Source: an uncultured Parachlamydiaceae bacterium
Lineage (GTDB): Bacteria > Chlamydiota > Chlamydiia > Chlamydiales > Parachlamydiaceae
Length of the DNA stretch: 64,000 nucleotides
Direction of reading: 5' to 3'
Assembly: GCA_963752155.1 (NCBI GenBank)
Contig: CAVVXH010000004.1
Span: forward strand, 64,001-128,000
Every line of letters begins with the position of its first letter. Within the stretch, counting starts at the first letter, position 1. Below are positions 41,195 to 51,622 of this stretch, piece after piece. The notes under the pieces were generated by a model, which saw only the letters and a list, made by a program, of their open reading frames with translations, was not told the DNA's origin and searched no databases. Made by a program: the position numbers and the translations under genes.

Positions 41195-42079
41195 ATGCAA
41201 CTTTTCCTATTCCTTATCATCGCAATATTTTCTTTTCAACCTGTATTGGCTGAACCCTCCGGGACAGCAAAAAAAGAGTTAAAAATACTCATTTTGATTA
41301 TCGCATCAGACACTAATCCAGCTTACAGTAAATTGCAAAAGGTCTGGGAAGCTTATATGAATAGTGATCCTAAACATTTTGATGCTTATTTTATTCGAGG
41401 AGATGCAGACCTGGCCGCTAAGTTTGAAATAAAAAGAAATGAAATTACCGTAAAGACCCATGAAAGTTTGGTTCCAGGAATCATTAACAAAACTTTACTT
41501 TCACTAGAGGCCTTACAGCCTAGTCTCCATGAATATGATTATATCATAAGAACGAACCTTTCATCATTCTACGTATTTCCTAAATTATTGACTTTCTTAG
41601 AGACTCTTCCAAGGGCAAATTGTTATGGTGGCGTTCCCCTCTTTCCTTGTGAATTATCACCAGAATTCTTGAATATACGTTTTATCTGGGGAGCAGGAAT
41701 TATCATGTCTAACGATGTAGTTCAAACACTTCTCAACGAAAGCTGCCACTATGAAAAATACAAAGCTGAAGTTCCGGATGATGTATTTATTGGGCTAATC
41801 TTTCAAAAGAAAAATATCCCACTCACGTATGCTCCACGTAATGATTACCCGACTAAGGCAACATGGTTGAATAATAAAAAATCCATACCGGAAAATGCGT
41901 TTCACTTTAGAGCAAAAAGCCATCACCTCGTACGCCAAGAAACAGATTCGTTTACTGATGAATTATTTATTTTGAATGAATTGTTAGAGCAATTTTATGG
42001 GATAAAGGACTGTAAAACCGACAATGTTGACTTTTTAAGCAAAAATTTCATTTCTATATTCAATCAGTGCATGCATTAA
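41195..42079 (+). CDS. Putative secreted glycosyltransferase (GT-A / galactosyltransferase-like)
   Basis: Signal peptide; YDYIIRTNLSSF, FIWGAGIIMS, PDDVFIG. Confidence 0.6.
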   Translation: MQLFLFLIIAIFSFQPVLAEPSGTAKKELKILILIIASDTNPAYSKLQKVWEAYMNSDPKHFDAYFIRGDADLAAKFEIKRNEITVKTHESLVPGIINKTLLSLEALQPSLHEYDYIIRTNLSSFYVFPKLLTFLETLPRANCYGGVPLFPCELSPEFLNIRFIWGAGIIMSNDVVQTLLNESCHYEKYKAEVPDDVFIGLIFQKKNIPLTYAPRNDYPTKATWLNNKKSIPENAFHFRAKSHHLVRQETDSFTDELFILNELLEQFYGIKDCKTDNVDFLSKNFISIFNQCMH

Positions 42080-43504
42080 AGCTTGACTAAGTAATTGTTT
42101 AGACAACATAATTTCAGCATCTGCTTTCTCCATTGGAAGTAAGCTTTGGAGTATTTTAGAAAGATTATCGATAGACATGTGATTTAAATTTGTATTGATT
42201 AATACTCCTTCAATAAGACCCATTAATTCTTTTAAGAGCGCTTTTTTGGACTCACTTTCTCTTCCTATCAATGCCTTTAATTCACCTACAATTTGATCTT
42301 TTTGTTGATTGATTTCATCTGGACTTAATCCGAATTGTGATTCACTAAAATTCTTACACAATCTCCCTAATTCTTCACATTCTTTTTCTTTTCCTTCAAA
42401 TAAGTGTATTAGCCGTTTTAGTGCGATTGCTTTATCTGTAGCTGGTATCTCCTTCGTTTCAATAGAGTTAATATCATTGGATAGTCTATATTTTTCCATT
42501 AATGGATTTATGATTCTATCATCTCCTGCTAATCGAAAAATACCTTCTGTTTGTAAATCATTTATTGTAAAAGATTCGATCAATTTACTTGCGATCTGAA
42601 TGGCTTTATCTCTAGAAATTTCTGCTGGTTGAGTCAATAAACTCAGAGACTGAGTGAAAGATTGGTAAGCTCCGGCGATGTATCCCCGAAGAATGTTATT
42701 GATTGCAAAACTGTTAACAGGTTCTAAATTTTCTTTGTGTAAAATTTCAGTTGATTTCAAGTCTGATTCACTAAGATTGTATTTTTCCATTAAATTAGAT
42801 TTTACTGCAGAAATCACTTTAATAGTAGTTTCTATTTGGAGAATTCTTTCTGGTGTAAGGGTATGTTTATCGAGAGAATGTGTATGTTTTAATCTTTCTA
42901 AACCATTTATTGCATTTTTTATTAGTTTTATAAATTCAATTTTATCATCAGGAACGTAAAATTTAGATTGGCTTATGTATTGATGAAAACACCCTGCAAA
43001 AGCCATTAAGTTTTTTGTATCGTGATTTTCATAACGAGTATCAATTAGGGCTCGATTAAAGATTCCATTTTCTGCAAAATTAAGTTTATATCGTGGTTGA
43101 ATATTTGATAGTGTTTTTAAAATATCAATAATATTATCGTCTTTGTTGTAATTGAAATTAAAATCAGACTCAAGTTCGTTAAATTGTTCATTGCAATCTT
43201 CGATTGCTTTATTTAATGAAGAAGTATCATTCTCCCCAACTGGATTTAATTGTTCATTTTCAATTTTTTTAGCCGCTTCTCGGATAATTGTATTTAATTC
43301 CGGATTTCTGATTCTACTAGAGAAATCATTCGTTTTCAAATTTAAATCATTTACAGTCTCATTTTGATTAATAGTATTGGGAGCATAAAAATGAATTGTT
43401 TCACCAGTTGGAACTTCCTGGTCTCCAACCATGAATTTGCCTTCACGCTTATCAACATTAAATTTATTATCATCTCTTATTACAAAACCAATCGGTGGTT
43501 CCAT
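42035..43504 (-). CDS. RhoGAP-domain protein (putative effector)
   Basis: Arginine-finger motif TEGIFRLAG, ALKRLI, and NHMSIDNLSKI. Confidence 0.8.
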   Translation of the reverse strand: MEPPIGFVIRDDNKFNVDKREGKFMVGDQEVPTGETIHFYAPNTINQNETVNDLNLKTNDFSSRIRNPELNTIIREAAKKIENEQLNPVGENDTSSLNKAIEDCNEQFNELESDFNFNYNKDDNIIDILKTLSNIQPRYKLNFAENGIFNRALIDTRYENHDTKNLMAFAGCFHQYISQSKFYVPDDKIEFIKLIKNAINGLERLKHTHSLDKHTLTPERILQIETTIKVISAVKSNLMEKYNLSESDLKSTEILHKENLEPVNSFAINNILRGYIAGAYQSFTQSLSLLTQPAEISRDKAIQIASKLIESFTINDLQTEGIFRLAGDDRIINPLMEKYRLSNDINSIETKEIPATDKAIALKRLIHLFEGKEKECEELGRLCKNFSESQFGLSPDEINQQKDQIVGELKALIGRESESKKALLKELMGLIEGVLINTNLNHMSIDNLSKILQSLLPMEKADAEIMLSKQLLSQALMHALIEYRNEIFA

Positions 43505-43679
43505 ATTTTCTCCTTTACTATAAATAAATTAATGTATTTGTGCTTATAAATTTATTATACAATTTTTGGAGATTAATGTGTTTTATCAAGATAAGTTAAT
43601 TAATAAAAAAATTGTTTTATCTTCACAATGGTAGCTCAATATTAAAAAATGTTGAGCTACCATGAGCCTTGTTCACTTC

Positions 43680-43780
43680 TTCGCTGAATTATTCCTCCTC
43701 TGTGTTCTCTGTGATCTCTGTGGTAAAAAAAATCTACCACAGAGATCACAGAGAACACAGAGGAGGAATAATTGAGCGAA
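43680..43780. repeat. Perfect palindrome (39-bp arms) built of CACAGAGA(A/T) 9-mers
   Basis: 43687-43725 AATTATTCCTCCTCTGTGTTCTCTGTGATCTCTGTGGTA is the exact reverse complement of 43735-43773; 9-nt loop. Confidence 0.92.
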
Positions 43781-43821
43781 AGTGTCTCGTGTACAGGTGA
43801 ACATAGCCCTACCGTGCTTAG

Positions 43822-44492
43822 CTACATAATTAAGCAGTCATTGTTCTCTTCGTCTCTTTTTAGTTTCATCAGTGCTCGGTCAGATTTCCTCATCTCTTCC
43901 AAAGTTTTCAGTTCTTCATTAAGAGATAATTCCTTAGGAAGAGTGTTTATAAAAAATGAATGCATTATATTATCTGTTACTTTCATTGCTATAAGAATTG
44001 TTTGTTACCAATCCATTCACGTTCCTGATGTTTTCGACTTTTTATAAATTGCTTTTAGCGTTTATTAATGATTTGTTCAACATAGGGACGGATGTATTGA
44101 TGAAATTTCTCCACTTTTATAGTATCTTCATTAGAAAGTTGGTTATTGTTAATAAGGGGAAGCAAATTAATGTACCTTTCCAGCGTTGCATTTGAAATAT
44201 TTGCTTGTGGTCGGATTAGACATAATAGAGAGTAATCTAGATGCCTATCGATGCCGTTTAAAAAACGCCGTGCTGATTGTTCGTGCCTTTGTTGCCAGTT
44301 GTTTACTGGCTGGTTGTCGGATGTTGTAATATACGGTGTTTGAATGCCTTGAATTAAGTTACTCATGAATAAATACCTTATTGGATTGGTGTTGTGAGTT
44401 AATGCGTCTGAAGCTGTTTTTACTCTTTTTGCTAATATATTCCAAGGCATTTGTTCAATCCCCCAGAGAGTAAAATAAAGTTTTACAAACAT
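43822..44492 (-). pseudogene. Disrupted hypothetical gene ending in a CaaX motif (CLIM)
   Basis: ORF 44055..44492 continues past TAA (KR*KQFIKSRKHQ..) and shifts into 43986..43822, which ends ...RDEENNDCLIM*. Confidence 0.55.
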
Positions 44493-44691
44493 CTACTATC
44501 ATTTGTATAGTAAATATTATAGAAAAGGTGATGCTTGTTTATTTGATCGTCTATTTGCGGAGGGATTATGGATAAAATTGGCGGATCGATTCAAAATTAC
44601 AACAATTTTATTATTAATGGCAGTAAAGAAGAACTCCTAAATTTTGTAAATGATAAGGGATTAATTTTATCTTGAAGATCATCCAGACTTT

Positions 44692-45389
44692 ATGGAAGAA
44701 GTAGAAATTTATCCTGGAAAAACTGTCTGGGCAGTTACAGATCTTGCGGATAAAATGAGAAAAAATGGGGCCTTAGGTTTAATACATGGCATAGGAAAGG
44801 AGGATTTAGAATTCAAAGAAACTGCAGAAATTCTTGTAAAAATTCTCAAAAATGGAGCCTTGTCATCTCAGGATCGATTTCAAAATGGTTTGTTTATAAC
44901 AGGAATGTCTTCTGAAGCGGATTTAAGGTCAGGGGGTGGAGATCAAGTTTTCACACGACTAGTTACTGAAGAAACCAAAGGTTCCATGACAAACATTTAT
45001 GGTATGGGTAAAATACAAATTTTATTTGATTTAGATGTTGTAAACCGTGGCGGTACGCCTATAAGGAAGATAAGTATGGCGAAAAGAATTCCAATTCAGC
45101 AGCCTATCGAACGAGAAACAATCTTATCGAGCACACCGCGCTTATAGAACCAGAGGATTCTAGTAATGAATTAATGGTTAAAAACCGTATTGCTCCAAAC
45201 TTTATTTGTGGAGTCGTACTTGAACATGAGTATCAGAAAAATGAATTAATTAAAATTTTAAGAGAAAATAATTTAATTACCGTTAACGAAAAGGGCAAAG
45301 AATTTATAGTGGGTATACCGGTGGATAAATTCATTCACAAACTTGATGACCTTTACGACTCATCGATATGGGAAAAAAATCAAGATTAG
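44692..45389 (+). pseudogene. Frameshifted hypothetical gene, possible ADP-ribosyltransferase-like fold
   Basis: ORF 44692..45147 shifts near 45053 into YAYKEDKYG...SSNELMVKNRIAPNFICGVV, which is continuous with ORF 45174..45389. Confidence 0.55.
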
Positions 45390-45642
45390 GAGGTTTATAT
45401 GAAATGAATATAACCGACTGTAAGATTGAGTTGAATGAACAAACGACGATACCTAAAATAATAACACTAGTCAAGGTGAAATTTTGACTCTACAATATCT
45501 TAGACGTGATCTATTTAACGAAAAATTAAAAAGTCGGATTGCAAGACGTCCTACTTTTTCTTCTGATGAAGAAGTTCAAAATTTTTATTTAAAGACAAAC
45601 TTTTCTTCCTAATCTTCCTTTGGATCAAAATGGCATTATAGC

Positions 45643-46129
45643 ATGAAAAAGTTACCCATTGGCATACAAACCTTCGAGAAGTTGATCAAAGAAGAGTTTG
45701 TCTATGTAGATAAAACTGCAACGATTTTGCGGCTAATCACAAGTGGTGATTATTACTTCTTGTCTCGACCTCGTCGTTTTTACAACGATTAAATCACAAG
45801 ACGCTTACTTACGCTTTGTTTTTTTAACTGGCGTGAGTAAGTTTTCTCAAGTTTCGATTTTTTCGGGATTAAATAATCTAGATGACATTTCTCTAAACGG
45901 TCAATATGCTGAATTGTTAGGCTGCTATACTGAGAAAGAGATCTTGTGTAGTTTTTCCGACCGTTTAGCATTAATTGCTTCGCAAAATAATCAAAAGATA
46001 GAAACAATTATAGATGAAATGAGAAATTGGTATAACGGTTATCGCTTTTCTCGTACCACAGCTTCAGTTTATAATCCATTTTCTGTTTTAAAATATCTTC
46101 AAGAAGGCATATTAAGGAATTCCAATTGA
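45643..46129 (+). pseudogene. AAA-ATPase-like / PD-(D/E)XK family gene remnant
   Basis: MKKLPIGIQTFEKLIKEEFVYVDKT...YFLSRPRRF, then an internal deletion, then FLTGVSKFSQVSIFSGLNNL...WYNGYRF..VYNPFS; C-terminus truncated. Confidence 0.85.
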
Positions 46130-46389
46130 TTGACAATATAGTCATACGTTCAATGGTGATAATGAAGTTTGCGCTTGGAGTGAACGTCATTTTGAATTTT
46201 TCCATAAATACCTAAATATTTAAATTTTTTGTGTGTGACAATGACATTTATGATAACCAATTACCTGAGCAGAGTCAATATCAGCTAGATGATGAGGTGT
46301 GATTTCTTTTCGTAGATAGCTAAGCCGCCAATTTCGTAGAACCCTCATTCAGAAACCCCATTGATTTCTTACAGAAGTAAAAGCAGGGG

Positions 46390-46536
46390 TGAGTGTAGCC
46401 ACGTAACCTCTAATTAGTCTAAACCAATTCGTGAAGTCGAAATAACAAAAAAGTTAGGTGGAAATTTATAAAATCTATCTTCTGGGAATAGTTTAGACTA
46501 TTTAGAGGCTACGTGGCTGCACTCAACATCGGAATC
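46390..46536. repeat. Dispersed palindromic repeat (modules B-A-B) upstream of GxxExxY
   Basis: TGAGTGTAGCCACGTAACCTCTAATTAGTCTAAAC...GTTTAGACTATTTAGAGGCTACGTGGCTGCACTCAACATCGGAAT; matches 1490-1533. Confidence 0.85.
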
Positions 46537-46645
46537 ATGCTTTTAACTCAATCTTTTTTTGAATCCTAGAATCAAGAGGCACCAATGGCAAGGCGCGAAC
46601 TTGTTATTTAGGAGAAGCAAGCGAAGGCACAAAGACACAAAGATC

Positions 46646-47104
46646 ATGGAAAATGAAATTTCTTATAAAGTAATAGGGGCCGCTATTGAGGTTCATCGAT
46701 TGCTAGGGGGACCAGGACTTCTGGAAAGCATTTACGAGAGTGCTTTATGCCATGAGCTGACTCTCAATGGATTAAGAATAGAGAGACAAAAACATGTCCC
46801 TGTGATATACAAAGGCATAATGATTAGAGAGCCGTATATCTTGGATATACTTGTAGAGAATAAAGTGATCATCGAGGTAAAGGCCACAGAAAAAGAGCAA
46901 GACATACATAAGGCTCAGTTGTTGACATATTTACGCTTGAGCGACATCAAATTGGGTCTTTTGATTAATTTTGGAAAGAGTGCTGTCAAATTTTTCGGGC
47001 AAGAAAGTTTAGCGGAAATTGCTGCTATTGGATCAAACAATGTTTATTCTTCGTCACTCCATTCATCAAGCTTGTCTTGCACAAAATTCCAAATGGTTTT
47101 TTAA
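46646..47104 (+). CDS. GxxExxY protein (PD-(D/E)XK nuclease-like family); C-terminus atypical after NFGKS
   Basis: IGAAIEVHRLLGGPGLLESIYESAL, DILVENKVIIEVKA, AQLLTYL..GLLINFG; preceded by CACAAAGA x2. Confidence 0.92.
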   Translation: MENEISYKVIGAAIEVHRLLGGPGLLESIYESALCHELTLNGLRIERQKHVPVIYKGIMIREPYILDILVENKVIIEVKATEKEQDIHKAQLLTYLRLSDIKLGLLINFGKSAVKFFGQESLAEIAAIGSNNVYSSSLHSSSLSCTKFQMVF

Positions 47105-47154
47105 AAATTGATTATATTCGTTTAGATTACCCCAAACCAATGCCTGAAAGTCCT

Positions 47155-47847
47155 TTATTGCCTTTTTAAAATTGTAAATCCATGATTATTGAAGCGTCTT
47201 TCAAGAAGTACCCAGTCAGGATGAGTTGATAAAAAATCCTCTACGGCTGCCCATAAACCCTTTTTAGTTCTATTAATGCTATTGGGATATTCAGAATAGT
47301 TTCCACTGTATTCGTTATCGTCTTTGTACCCCCATGGTGGACTCGTATCATGCATGGTGATGTATTTGTTTACACTTGATGCAAACTTATTAAGCTCGTA
47401 AGTAAGATGAGCATAAGTATGCAGTGAATCAATAAAGAGCATGTCAGTATTGGGGATATCGATATGCATATCATTAGCTTCTTGAAAATGAAACGCAATC
47501 CCATTTTCATTGGCTAGTCGTCTAATTAAATAAAGTTTATCTAGTGGGGGCTTCTTCAAATCAATCCCATGATAAAATCGATTCGAAAAAGAACTTTCTG
47601 ATAGCCCTTGGATGATCCCCCAAGTCGATATCATATTTCTAGTTCCAATTTCAACCACCGATGAACACTCTTTTGCTAATTTTCTAAGGACTGGGACGTG
47701 CTCATTAATGTCTGAAGGAGTTAAGGCGTGATGCTCATAAAGTTCTGAGAGTTCTTGCTGTGGATTTGAGAGGGTTTCTGAAGATTCTAAGGAGCAAATT
47801 AAAAAAGTAGAGCACAATAACCATTGTTTAAGTCGATTTTTCTTCAT
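47155..47847 (-). CDS. Class I SAM-dependent methyltransferase-like protein (Methyltransf_24-like) with signal peptide
   Basis: VVEIGTR, DMLFIDSLHTY, ITMHDT. Confidence 0.75.
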   Translation of the reverse strand: MKKNRLKQWLLCSTFLICSLESSETLSNPQQELSELYEHHALTPSDINEHVPVLRKLAKECSSVVEIGTRNMISTWGIIQGLSESSFSNRFYHGIDLKKPPLDKLYLIRRLANENGIAFHFQEANDMHIDIPNTDMLFIDSLHTYAHLTYELNKFASSVNKYITMHDTSPPWGYKDDNEYSGNYSEYPNSINRTKKGLWAAVEDFLSTHPDWVLLERRFNNHGFTILKRQ

Positions 47848-47948
47848 TGATTTTCCTGGAGTAAATTGTGGGTAATATACCAGACTCGGTCATAAAATCC
47901 AATTTTATGACCGAGCCTGGTATAAGTAGCCGAGGCTTCAAATGATCT

Positions 47949-48890
47949 CTAGAACATATAGCCAGCATCGAGTCGAACTTTTCCTGACGAAAGGCGAAGG
48001 AAATCGCGATGGTCATCAGAGGTCCAATAGGTGTAGCTAACAGCAGCTTCCAAATACCAATTTTCACATAGGACATAGTTAGCCCCAATGCGAGTTGTTG
48101 TACCCCAGAAAAACTTCGTGCGCTCGTAAGAATCAATGTACTGTGGGCCATTTCTACTGTTGCGTTTTCTTTCAACTCTTCCTAAGTGAACTTCAAAATT
48201 GCCGAATGCATTCCAGCAAAATGAATTATATAAGAGGTCAAATCCAAAATAAGGGCCCCACCATCCTGTTCTGTAAGAATTTGTGTTTTTGCAAAACCCA
48301 TCGGCATCCTCTCCTGAATCATAGTGTGGTTTGTGCTTCGTACCGGATTCAAAAAGTCGTTCTCTATTGCGAGCTTTAAAACTTTGTCTATTGTAAGAAA
48401 ACCCTACTACCGGAGCAACTTGGTATTCACTGCATCCACAATCAATAGGTAATCCGAATTTTGTATCTAGATCCCAAACAAAACTACTAGTACGTAGTTT
48501 ATTGTGGGAGATCGCTCTACTAAAGCTTCCTACGGTTTTTAACCCGTTGTGATTAAAATGCTCGACTCTACGACGATGATTAAGATTTAGTTCTTCCCGT
48601 AAATTACCATCAACGACCCAACCATAATCGTAGCTTGTGTGGTTATAAATAGACTCGCCTAGTTTTGCTTTAAACTTGGTTGTAATCATGACAATTTCTA
48701 CATCTCGGAAGTGGAGATTGGATTTTACGCGAGGATTAACCTCTCCTAAATCCTTTAGCTGCCAAGATAGGGAATCTTGTCGATACCCTACACCCACCTG
48801 CAAGCCATAGTCGTCAGAAAAAAGCGGGTTAGATAAGAATGTAACCATCGTAGCAAATACGAGAGTAAGATTTTTGACGAATTTTCCCAT
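47949..48890 (-). CDS. Outer-membrane beta-barrel protein (Pom-like family of environmental chlamydiae)
   Basis: Signal peptide, VGVGYRQDSLSW, WWGPYFGFD, terminal aromatic DAGYMF. Confidence 0.7.
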   Translation of the reverse strand: MGKFVKNLTLVFATMVTFLSNPLFSDDYGLQVGVGYRQDSLSWQLKDLGEVNPRVKSNLHFRDVEIVMITTKFKAKLGESIYNHTSYDYGWVVDGNLREELNLNHRRRVEHFNHNGLKTVGSFSRAISHNKLRTSSFVWDLDTKFGLPIDCGCSEYQVAPVVGFSYNRQSFKARNRERLFESGTKHKPHYDSGEDADGFCKNTNSYRTGWWGPYFGFDLLYNSFCWNAFGNFEVHLGRVERKRNSRNGPQYIDSYERTKFFWGTTTRIGANYVLCENWYLEAAVSYTYWTSDDHRDFLRLSSGKVRLDAGYMF

Positions 48891-48976
48891 GATACCTCTT
48901 GTTGTTTGTCAATTTATATATGAAAATATATAGTATCAGCTATTTTTGTCAAACAATATCTTTTATATTAAATATT

Positions 48977-49789
48977 CTAGAGTCCAAAAGGATAAAGAAG
49001 GGAAATAGATACGGAATAAGCTTGTTTTGGAAAATTGTGGGCATAAAGGCGATAGGAGCCTTTTAGGGTAGCTTGAAGTCCTTCCTCAAACAAATAGCTA
49101 TAGGTGGTAGTAACGTCAAGGGAACGGTGAGCAATCGGTCCATAGCCATGGAAATGTTTTTTTCGAGAAAGAGCATCACCTCCAAATCCCCAAAGTCCAT
49201 TTAAAAACATGGCCAATTGTTGATTTAAAGCATATTTTTTTTCAGCACATAATTTACAGTACCCCCAAGGAGAACCTACATCGGCCACTCCCAATCCCAG
49301 TGTTCCCCAAAGACGGAAATCCCAATCCTGGTCATGTGAGAACTCTTTGCCAAGAGAAAAGTGAATCAATCCTTCAAATTTTCCATGGTGAAATGAGCTT
49401 AAATCATCCAGGGCTCGTCTGGATGCTGAAATGATTGACAATCCCGCTGTACTACTTAAAAAACTATCTCCGGGTACATCGTTTGTAATCAAATAACGGA
49501 AAGTTCCTATGCAACTATCATATCCGAAATCGCGATGAGTGTCATTGGCAAGAAGCACTTCTCCCTCGCCATACCAATCGTAATAAGCTAGGGACATGCT
49601 CCCACGTAGAAAAGTTGCATTCAGGTGTCTGTGAAAATTGCCATGGTTTGAAGCGACTTGACTAGAGTGTAAAGAGAGAATTTCGATCATTGGTTGAACT
49701 TCAAAAATATTTGGATACCAAGGGGAAAATTCTGTGGCATAGCTTAGAATAGAAAATCCAAGCAGGAAAGAAGTTATTGGAACCTTCAC
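48977..49789 (-). CDS. Conserved hypothetical exported / outer-membrane protein
   Basis: Signal peptide, amphipathic aromatic strands, C-terminal LYPFGL; coupled to trxB. Confidence 0.65.
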   Translation of the reverse strand: MKVPITSFLLGFSILSYATEFSPWYPNIFEVQPMIEILSLHSSQVASNHGNFHRHLNATFLRGSMSLAYYDWYGEGEVLLANDTHRDFGYDSCIGTFRYLITNDVPGDSFLSSTAGLSIISASRRALDDLSSFHHGKFEGLIHFSLGKEFSHDQDWDFRLWGTLGLGVADVGSPWGYCKLCAEKKYALNQQLAMFLNGLWGFGGDALSRKKHFHGYGPIAHRSLDVTTTYSYLFEEGLQATLKGSYRLYAHNFPKQAYSVSISLLYPFGL

Positions 49790-50739
49790 TAGCTTAGACC
49801 TCTAGCTGATAAGGATCTTTCTACTTCGATAGCTGCCATACATCCCGAACCTGCAGCTGTTATAGCTTGACGATAGACATGATCTTGTACATCACCCGCA
49901 GCAAACACCAGATCGATTTTAGTTTTGCATGTACCGGGTTCAACTTTGATATAGCCATTTTCTAAAAGAGGAACTTGTCCTTTTAAGAATTTAGTATTAG
50001 GTGTGTGGCCTACAGCAAAGAAGACTCCCGCAGCACAATATTTAGAGATTTCTTTTGTTTTAACATTCTGAACTGTAACGTTTCTAACGACGGTGTCACC
50101 AGTTACTTCAGTCAAAACACTATCCCATAATATTTTGATTTTAGGGTGCTCGAGGGCTCGTTTTTGCATAATTTTTGACGCACGAAACTCATTTCGGCGA
50201 TGAACAATATAAACAATGCTTCCGAATTTTGTCAGGTAAGTCGCTTCTTCTATAGCAGAGTCTCCTCCACCAATCACAAAAAGAGGATGGTTTCTAAAGA
50301 TGGGCATTGCTCCATCACAAACAGCGCAGGCGGTGACTCCTCTTTGCCAAAATTCTCCATCACGGGTGCCAGGGATGTCCAGCCGATTTGCGGAAGCGCC
50401 TGTGGCGATGATAATGGCATCTGTCTGGTATGAGAGGTTAGAGCTAGAGACTTTATAGGGATGGTTTTGTAAGTCCACTTCAACAACATCTTCACTGATG
50501 ATTTTAGTGCCAAAGCGAGCCGCTTGCTTGCGAAAATGTTCTACCAATTCAGGTCCTGTAATTCCAAAAGGAAAGCCTGGATAATTTTCAACATCAGTTG
50601 TCGACATTAGCTGTCCACCGGCAGGCCCTGAAAAAAATCCTTCAAACAAGACAGGTTCTAAATTGGCACGGGCGGCATAAATGGCGGCGGTATATCCTGC
50701 AGGTCCAGATCCGATGATGGTTAATTTAACTTTTTTCAT
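49789..50739 (-). CDS. trxB: Thioredoxin reductase
   Basis: GSGPAG, CAVCDG, GGGDSA, AAGDV. Confidence 0.97.
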   Translation of the reverse strand: MKKVKLTIIGSGPAGYTAAIYAARANLEPVLFEGFFSGPAGGQLMSTTDVENYPGFPFGITGPELVEHFRKQAARFGTKIISEDVVEVDLQNHPYKVSSSNLSYQTDAIIIATGASANRLDIPGTRDGEFWQRGVTACAVCDGAMPIFRNHPLFVIGGGDSAIEEATYLTKFGSIVYIVHRRNEFRASKIMQKRALEHPKIKILWDSVLTEVTGDTVVRNVTVQNVKTKEISKYCAAGVFFAVGHTPNTKFLKGQVPLLENGYIKVEPGTCKTKIDLVFAAGDVQDHVYRQAITAAGSGCMAAIEVERSLSARGLS

Positions 50740-50749
50740 AATTGTTCCT

Positions 50750-51622
50750 CTAATGGAATTTTTTATAATAACTCTTCAAAGTGTTTTTTAGTAGCATTGC
50801 AATAGTCATAGGTCCCACACCGCCCGGGACCGGAGTAATGAAAGAGCATTTGTTTTTAACATGATCAAAGTCGACATCTCCAACAATTTTATAACCGCTC
50901 GATGATGAGGAATCGGGAATTTTATTGATTCCTACATCAATGACGATAGCTCCTTCTTTAACCATATCAGCAGTAATCAGTTTAGGTTGACCTACAGCAA
51001 CGATCAAAATGTCACCGAAGGTACATAACTCCTTAATATTGGTTGATTGGCGGTGAAGAATGGTTACGGTGGCGTTTCCTCCAGCCATACTTTGCATAAG
51101 CATTGCTGCCATTGGCTTTCCGACGATATTACTTCTGCCAAAAACAATGACATGCTTTCCGGAAACCTCAATACCGCTTCTCTCAAATAATGTTTTTATG
51201 GCTAAAGGAGTGCAAGGGAAAAATCCATCGGTTTCACCACATAGCAATTTCCCGATGTTCATTGGATGAAAACCGTCGACATCCTTTTCCGGTGAAATTT
51301 TTTGCATGATTTTTCCAACATTGATATGTGGAGGCAAGGGCAACTGGACTAAAATGCCATCTACATTTGGATTTAAATTGAGTTGTTCGATTTCTTGAAG
51401 AAGTGCATTTTCAGTCATTGTATCAGGCAATTGTTTAGATAATGAAAGAATTCCAACATTTTCGCATGCCTGGATTTTACGCTTTACATAGATTTGTGAA
51501 GGAGGGTGTTTTCCTAACATAACAACAGCTAGGCAAGGTTTTCGCCCTTGAAGCATTGCTATTGAAGCTTTGAGCTCCAGTTGGATCTCCTCAGCGATTT
51601 TTTTGCCATCAATAAGATTCAT
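50750..51622 (-). CDS. folD: Bifunctional methylene-THF dehydrogenase/cyclohydrolase (probable start 51622)
   Basis: [35 protein letters not shown]. Confidence 0.97.
   Translation of the reverse strand: MNLIDGKKIAEEIQLELKASIAMLQGRKPCLAVVMLGKHPPSQIYVKRKIQACENVGILSLSKQLPDTMTENALLQEIEQLNLNPNVDGILVQLPLPPHINVGKIMQKISPEKDVDGFHPMNIGKLLCGETDGFFPCTPLAIKTLFERSGIEVSGKHVIVFGRSNIVGKPMAAMLMQSMAGGNATVTILHRQSTNIKELCTFGDILIVAVGQPKLITADMVKEGAIVIDVGINKIPDSSSSSGYKIVGDVDFDHVKNKCSFITPVPGGVGPMTIAMLLKNTLKSYYKKFH

Noticed and set aside
46559..46645. N-terminal extension of the GxxExxY ORF
   Set aside because: It is translated repeat sequence; family similarity starts at MENEISY (46646).
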